A DNA stretch of 64,000 nt, from assembly GCA_025459195.1 (NCBI GenBank), contig JALORF010000001.1, forward strand, positions 894-64,893. The letters are read 5' to 3'. Source of the stretch: Beijerinckiaceae bacterium. Lineage in GTDB: Bacteria; Pseudomonadota; Alphaproteobacteria; Rhizobiales; Beijerinckiaceae. The notes under the pieces are model-generated. The model had not been told where the DNA came from. It did no database searches and worked only from the letters and a program-made list of their open reading frames with translations. Positions 60,007 to 64,000 of the stretch are shown here, in pieces. Numbering within the stretch: position 1 is the stretch's first letter; each line of letters opens with the position of its first letter. The position numbers and the translations under genes were made by a program.

Positions 60007-60513
60007 TCAGAACTCGGCGTGGTCATAGCTGACCGACTTGGTGCCATGGATCAGGGTGATCCTGGCCTCCGCCACGCAAAAGCTGACAGTGCCGGTGGCG
60101 CCGTCATTGTTCTCCCACCCGGCAAAACGGCATTCGATAACGTCAAGCGCGAACGCCTCGATGGCATCGGACAACGCTAGCTCCTGCTCGTTGACATTGG
60201 TGCCATTCCAGTTGGTCGACTGCAGTGTGATCATGGCCGACGGTAGTTCGATAGCGCAGTTGTTCGAGCCGAGACAGCGCAGCTCTTCGATGCCGCCGCT
60301 GTCACCTTCGCCATAATAAGTGACCTCGATCTCGACGATGCCGGCAGAAGCCAGCACCGGAAAGAGCCGTGCTTTGTTGATGGCGATGCACGCTTCGAGC
60401 GTGCGGGACTGCTGCGCCATCTCGGCAAGAATCTGTTCAACTGCGATCGGGACCGCGTTCGACACGGGCGGCGTTACAGGCGAGGCGGCGGGTTCTTCGG
60501 GCAGGGTGGACAT
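60007..60513 (-). CDS. DUF6878-like acidic protein
   Basis: INKARLF..YYGEGDSGGIE..GWENNDGATG; 3 bp from the DUF6915-like start. Confidence 0.75.
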   Translation of the reverse strand: MSTLPEEPAASPVTPPVSNAVPIAVEQILAEMAQQSRTLEACIAINKARLFPVLASAGIVEIEVTYYGEGDSGGIEELRCLGSNNCAIELPSAMITLQSTNWNGTNVNEQELALSDAIEAFALDVIECRFAGWENNDGATGTVSFCVAEARITLIHGTKSVSYDHAEF

Positions 60514-60764
60514 GGTCGGTCTCCAGCGAGCCTGATTGCTCACCCGGCATCAGCCCCCTCCCCTTTCCATGGACGGTTGCGTTGCATTGCACCCATCATT
60601 GTGAGCGCAGGATTTACGACGCGCCAAACAACGCCAATGGGCGATATGATAGGATCATTTGCTTCGACCCCAATCAAGCCGCAATCAGCCACGCATCATC
60701 GTCGGGATCCGGTCACATTTTGGCATGGCGCAGACACAGGGTGCGGTGGGGATCATGAGCGCCC

Positions 60765-61445
60765 TTATGCTGGCACCACGGGTCTGGCTGCCGGTTCAGC
60801 TACCCAGCGCATTCCACGCGGCAGCGTGGCGTGCGAGATCATGTCGATGCGGAACCAGTCTGCAGCAAAGCCGCACACATCGTCGAACGGGATGCCCGGC
60901 GGAGGCCTGGCCTGGCCGCCGCGCATATCGAGCGTCAGCTGGCCGTCGAAGGTGACGCTGTGGCCGGAGCCCCAGAGATAGTCGATGATGCCGATCTGGA
61001 AGCGGCCGCGGACGCTGATCGCAGCATAGGGCGGGGAGGGAAGGCGGAAATCGTCGTGCACGCACCCGGCGATCGCGAGATGGCCGCCATAACTGGCATT
61101 GTCGAACAACTCGACGAGCTGCGTGTCGCTGAGCAACGGGGGCTGGCTCTTGCTGGCCTTGACACGAAGTGCGCGCCAACTGCTGGCATGCTCATGGCGA
61201 TGCCGCCACGGGCCGGTGTTCCTGATATCGGGGCGGCGGTCGGTTGGGCGGATGCCAGTGCGGGTTTCAACAAGGTCGAGGAAATGCCCCTTGGAGACGT
61301 TCAGGAAGGTGAGCGTCCGTGCCAGTGCGCTATTGGGCAGAACATGGGCCAGCCCGAAACATGGCGCGCTGGCTTCGAGGCGATCATCCTCAATGTTCAT
61401 GAACTGAGGCAGACAAGTCAGGATGGCGATTTCGCGGCGCGGCAT
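60765..61445 (-). CDS. Hypothetical leading-region protein (226 aa)
   Basis: GGAGA RBS; LVELFDNASYGGHLAI..GIIDYLWGSGH; same orientation as its neighbours. Confidence 0.6.
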   Translation of the reverse strand: MPRREIAILTCLPQFMNIEDDRLEASAPCFGLAHVLPNSALARTLTFLNVSKGHFLDLVETRTGIRPTDRRPDIRNTGPWRHRHEHASSWRALRVKASKSQPPLLSDTQLVELFDNASYGGHLAIAGCVHDDFRLPSPPYAAISVRGRFQIGIIDYLWGSGHSVTFDGQLTLDMRGGQARPPPGIPFDDVCGFAADWFRIDMISHATLPRGMRWVAEPAARPVVPA

Positions 61446-61585
61446 GGCGTGTCTCCGATTGTACGGCCAGCTCGTCTGGCCTGCCCCGGCTCCGCTTCCT
61501 CCCCTCCAGCCGGACAAATGAAAAGCCGCCCGGCGGCAGCGTCCGGGCGACTCTGTGTATGCCAATACGACTTTGCTGCTCGTCG

Positions 61586-61882
61586 TCAGCGCGGGAACAG
61601 GATCGCTTCGTAGTCCTGCGCGCCGTTCAGGATATGGAGGATCATCACCCGGTCCGCCTCGACCTGATAGAAGATGAGATAATTGCCGTGAACCCGGCGT
61701 CGGACATTGTGCGCGGCATAGCGCGGAACGACCGGGAAGCGTTCGGGGAATGTCGCAAGCCCGACGCAGCCATCACGCAATTCGGCGATAAAGCTGGTGG
61801 CGCGTTCCGGATTGTCGCGTGCAATATAGTCGCCGATTGCTTCAAGGTCGCGCTCCGCCTCCTCGGTCAAAACAACGATCAT
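61586..61882 (-). CDS. parE: Type II toxin, RelE/ParE family
   Basis: LTEEAERDLEAIGDYIARDNPERA..RRRVHGNYLIFY..ILHILNGAQD. Confidence 0.88.
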   Translation of the reverse strand: MIVVLTEEAERDLEAIGDYIARDNPERATSFIAELRDGCVGLATFPERFPVVPRYAAHNVRRRVHGNYLIFYQVEADRVMILHILNGAQDYEAILFPR

Positions 61883-61889
61883 GCGATCA

Positions 61890-62147
61890 TCATTCAGAAG
61901 TGCGGGCCATTGTGCGGTACTTGGCGTCCAACCTGTCGAATACGTCAACTGCAGGCGTGATGCGCGCGGCGCCGGCGTCGGCGAGGCTCCGGCCGATCGA
62001 CGCGTCAAGCGCTGCGAGCCTCGTCTCCCTGTCCTGGATCAGTCGCACGCCTTCCCGCAGAATTTCGCTTTTCGAGTTGTAGCGACCGGTTGCCACCAGG
62101 TGCGCTACATAGGCCTCCAGCCGCTCGCCAAGGTCAGCACTGATCAT
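61890..62147 (-). CDS. parD: Type II antitoxin, ParD family (RHH)
   Basis: ADLGERLEAYVAHLVATGRYNSKSEILREGVRL; directly upstream of the toxin. Confidence 0.9.
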   Translation of the reverse strand: MISADLGERLEAYVAHLVATGRYNSKSEILREGVRLIQDRETRLAALDASIGRSLADAGAARITPAVDVFDRLDAKYRTMARTSE

Positions 62148-62230
62148 GTGATGTCTCCTCTTCGGCAATTGTAGACGCTTATCAACTGTTATCAAGACTG
62201 CCGGACTGAAGCAGATCAATCGATGGAAAT

Positions 62231-62258
62231 CTGCCCCGGCGCCGCAGCGCCGGGGCAG
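62231..62258 (-). terminator. Hairpin after ssb (putative terminator)
   Basis: CTGCCCCGGCGC-CGCA-GCGCCGGGGCAG, a 12-bp stem with only a short T tract. Confidence 0.6.
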
Positions 62259-62266
62259 AAAGCGGC

Positions 62267-62650
62267 TCAGAACGGAACTTCTTCATCGCCCGAGCCGGCA
62301 CCGTCGGCGGCGGCGCTGCCGGTGGGTGCCTTGCTGAGGAACTCGACCTCGCTGGCATAGATGTCGACGCCGTAGCGGGTCTGCCCAGCCTGATCAGTCC
62401 ACTTGCTGTAGTGGAGCCGGCCTTGAACAGAGACCTTCATGCCTTTGCGGACGTATTGGGCGATGGTTTTGCCCAGCCCGCTGAAGGCGGTGATACGATG
62501 CCATTCGGTCTGTTCGACGAGATCGCCGGCATCGTTTCGGTAGCGGCGTGAGGTGGCGACCGAGAAGCTGGTGATGATGGTGCCGCCCTGGGCGTTGCGG
62601 CTTTCGGGGTCGGCGCCGACATTCCCGACAAGAATGACGATATTGGTCAT
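62267..62650 (-). CDS. ssb: Single-stranded DNA-binding protein
   Basis: NIVILVGNVGADPE, TEWHRI, KGMKVSVQGRL, acidic tail DEEVPF. Confidence 0.95.
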   Translation of the reverse strand: MTNIVILVGNVGADPESRNAQGGTIITSFSVATSRRYRNDAGDLVEQTEWHRITAFSGLGKTIAQYVRKGMKVSVQGRLHYSKWTDQAGQTRYGVDIYASEVEFLSKAPTGSAAADGAGSGDEEVPF

Positions 62651-62671
62651 GGGACTGCTCCTGTTCTGGTG

Positions 62672-62829
62672 CGCCGGGACCATCCCGGCGACGGCTGACG
62701 ATGGGAGACGCAGCGGGGATGCCAGACACCGAGCAGGGCGAGGGAAACCCCGGCGGCGGGGAGTGGTGCGGGCCGCCGGTCCCCCGGCCTGCCGGAGAGG
62801 ACCGGCAACACGGCCCCGCCGGCGGGGTT
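62672..62829. repeat. Nested inverted repeats upstream of ssb
   Basis: 16-bp IR with one mismatch at 62746-62761/62814-62829 enclosing a GCCGGTCC/GGACCGGC pair; extra hairpin at 62672-62690. Confidence 0.7.
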
Positions 62830-62850
62830 GTCGGGCAACCGCGCAGTGGC

Positions 62851-63310
62851 TCAGACAGGCCGGTCGCTGGGTGCGTTCTGGAGCTCGAACAGACTGGTCC
62901 TGACCATCCATCGTGTATCGGGCATATGTGGCCGCCAGCCCGATTGCGGCCTGGACCGGGAGTGACACAGCCCAAGCAGGTTCACACTGGTCACGACCGC
63001 CTCACCGAGCGCTTCGATGCCATAGGCCACAAGCCGGGTAGTCGTGGCATCAACCGTCTGGCCCGTGGCAAGGGCCATATAGCGCACGATCCCTGCCAGC
63101 ACGGCAACGAACAGGCCGAATAAGTTGGCGCGCAGCAGCGTGACAGCAGGCTGGCCGGACGCTTCCTCGGTGGTTGTCGGGTTGCCGTAGCGGAGTTCCT
63201 CGACGGGTAACGTGACCAGCCATACCAGTGACCGAGAATGACGAGGCCCGGTTCGGGCCACCGCAGCCAGCAGCGTCTGCAGCCGGTGAAGAACGACGTG
63301 CCATGGTCAT
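62851..63310 (-). pseudogene. Possible frameshifted hydrophobic ORF
   Basis: The ATG at 63310 (coupled to the upstream stop) is out of frame with the hydrophobic frame 62851..63261 (LFGLFVAVLAGIVRYMAL). Confidence 0.3.
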
Positions 63311-63732
63311 TCCTCTCCAAGGAAGCGGAGCAGCTCGTCGGTCGTGTCGAAGCCGCGGACAATCGGACGACTGATGCAGACTCTGCTGCCCACCGGGATC
63401 CAGCGGATCAAGGCCAGCAAATCGTCGGTGCTGACAGTTGCCGGGCCATCATCCTCGCGACCGGAATCGCCGATCAGCACGCCGCGCCCCGCGAAGGTTC
63501 GCCCGTCAAGCTCGAAGTAAGCCTGCTCGCTCTTCAGAAAGCCTTCATCATCGACGACCAGCAGATGGTTGGCTGGTGTATTGACCATGGTGATGTCGAA
63601 ACAGGTGACCGGCGTGCTATGCAGGCCGTCGGGCGAAGTGCCGGACAGGAGGCGATAGTAATCCTTGTAACCGGCAAGCTTGCTGGTGGCGACTATCGTC
63701 TGTATCCACGGATCGATCAGGATGACGCGCAT
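63307..63732 (-). CDS. DUF3846-like protein
   Basis: MRVILIDP..LVVDDEGFLK..FAGRGVLIG; GGAGA RBS. Family assignment from memory. Confidence 0.65.
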   Translation of the reverse strand: MRVILIDPWIQTIVATSKLAGYKDYYRLLSGTSPDGLHSTPVTCFDITMVNTPANHLLVVDDEGFLKSEQAYFELDGRTFAGRGVLIGDSGREDDGPATVSTDDLLALIRWIPVGSRVCISRPIVRGFDTTDELLRFLGEE

Positions 63733-63812
63733 GGGGGTTCTCCATTCGCCCGACCATCGGGCATCCCTGCCTGGTCGCCTCCACTCTCATCGGCGGCCCT
63801 GACCGCTGAAGG

Positions 63813-64000
63813 TCAGCACCGTTCGGTGCGTGGGCATGCGGCGCTTCCCGCAACGGCCGCCACTGTGTGATCGGCCGGATCGAGGGTGAACAGACGGTCG
63901 AAGATATCGATGTCCCGGCGGGCAAGGAGGCCACGGTTGTCAGGGACCGTTTGAAGCGCGTCGCTGACAAACATGGCCACTGCAATCGGGATGTCACCGG
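63813..64000 (-). CDS. C-terminal part of an ORF running off the window edge
   Basis: Open frame GDIPIAVAMFVSDAL..RRDIDIFDRLFTLDP.. to TGA at 63813-63815. Confidence 0.4.
   Translation of the reverse strand, partial: GDIPIAVAMFVSDALQTVPDNRGLLARRDIDIFDRLFTLDPADHTVAAVAGSAACPRTERC

Overview
GC-rich alphaproteobacterial DNA (sphingomonad-like) that reads as part of a large mobilisable or conjugative plasmid/ICE. (1) 1-27 kb, heavy-metal cargo: czcCBA-like RND-1 with a CDF transporter, csoR/Cu-ATPase, AraC + fatty-acid hydroxylase, a TonB receptor behind a Fur-like box, a CnrYXH-like ECF sigma module with three matching promoters driving copAB/pepSY/DUF411 and copCD, an orphan HhH + PD-(D/E)xK nuclease-like gene, merR-merT-GDCCVxC without merA, and a MerR + Cys-rich copper-storage operon. 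(2) 27.3-38.1 kb, amino-acid utilisation island: Tat-type class V PLP enzyme, TonB receptor, RidA, LysR, metC, aapJQMP. (3) 38.2-51.8 kb: czcCBA-like RND-2 with a His-rich leader ORF, DUF3147, a two-component system and a third RND pump. (4) 52-58 kb: MOB-F transfer module (TrwC relaxase, TrwB coupling protein, RHH accessory protein) and an oriT with a recognisable nic site. (5) 58-64 kb: leading region with genes facing oriT, long nested stem-loops (Frpo/ssi-like), a DUF6878/DUF6915-like pair, parDE and ssb. All family names come from motif recognition and memory, not from database searches. No rRNA, tRNA, CRISPR array, Mpf/T4SS genes, replication initiator or intact transposase was found.
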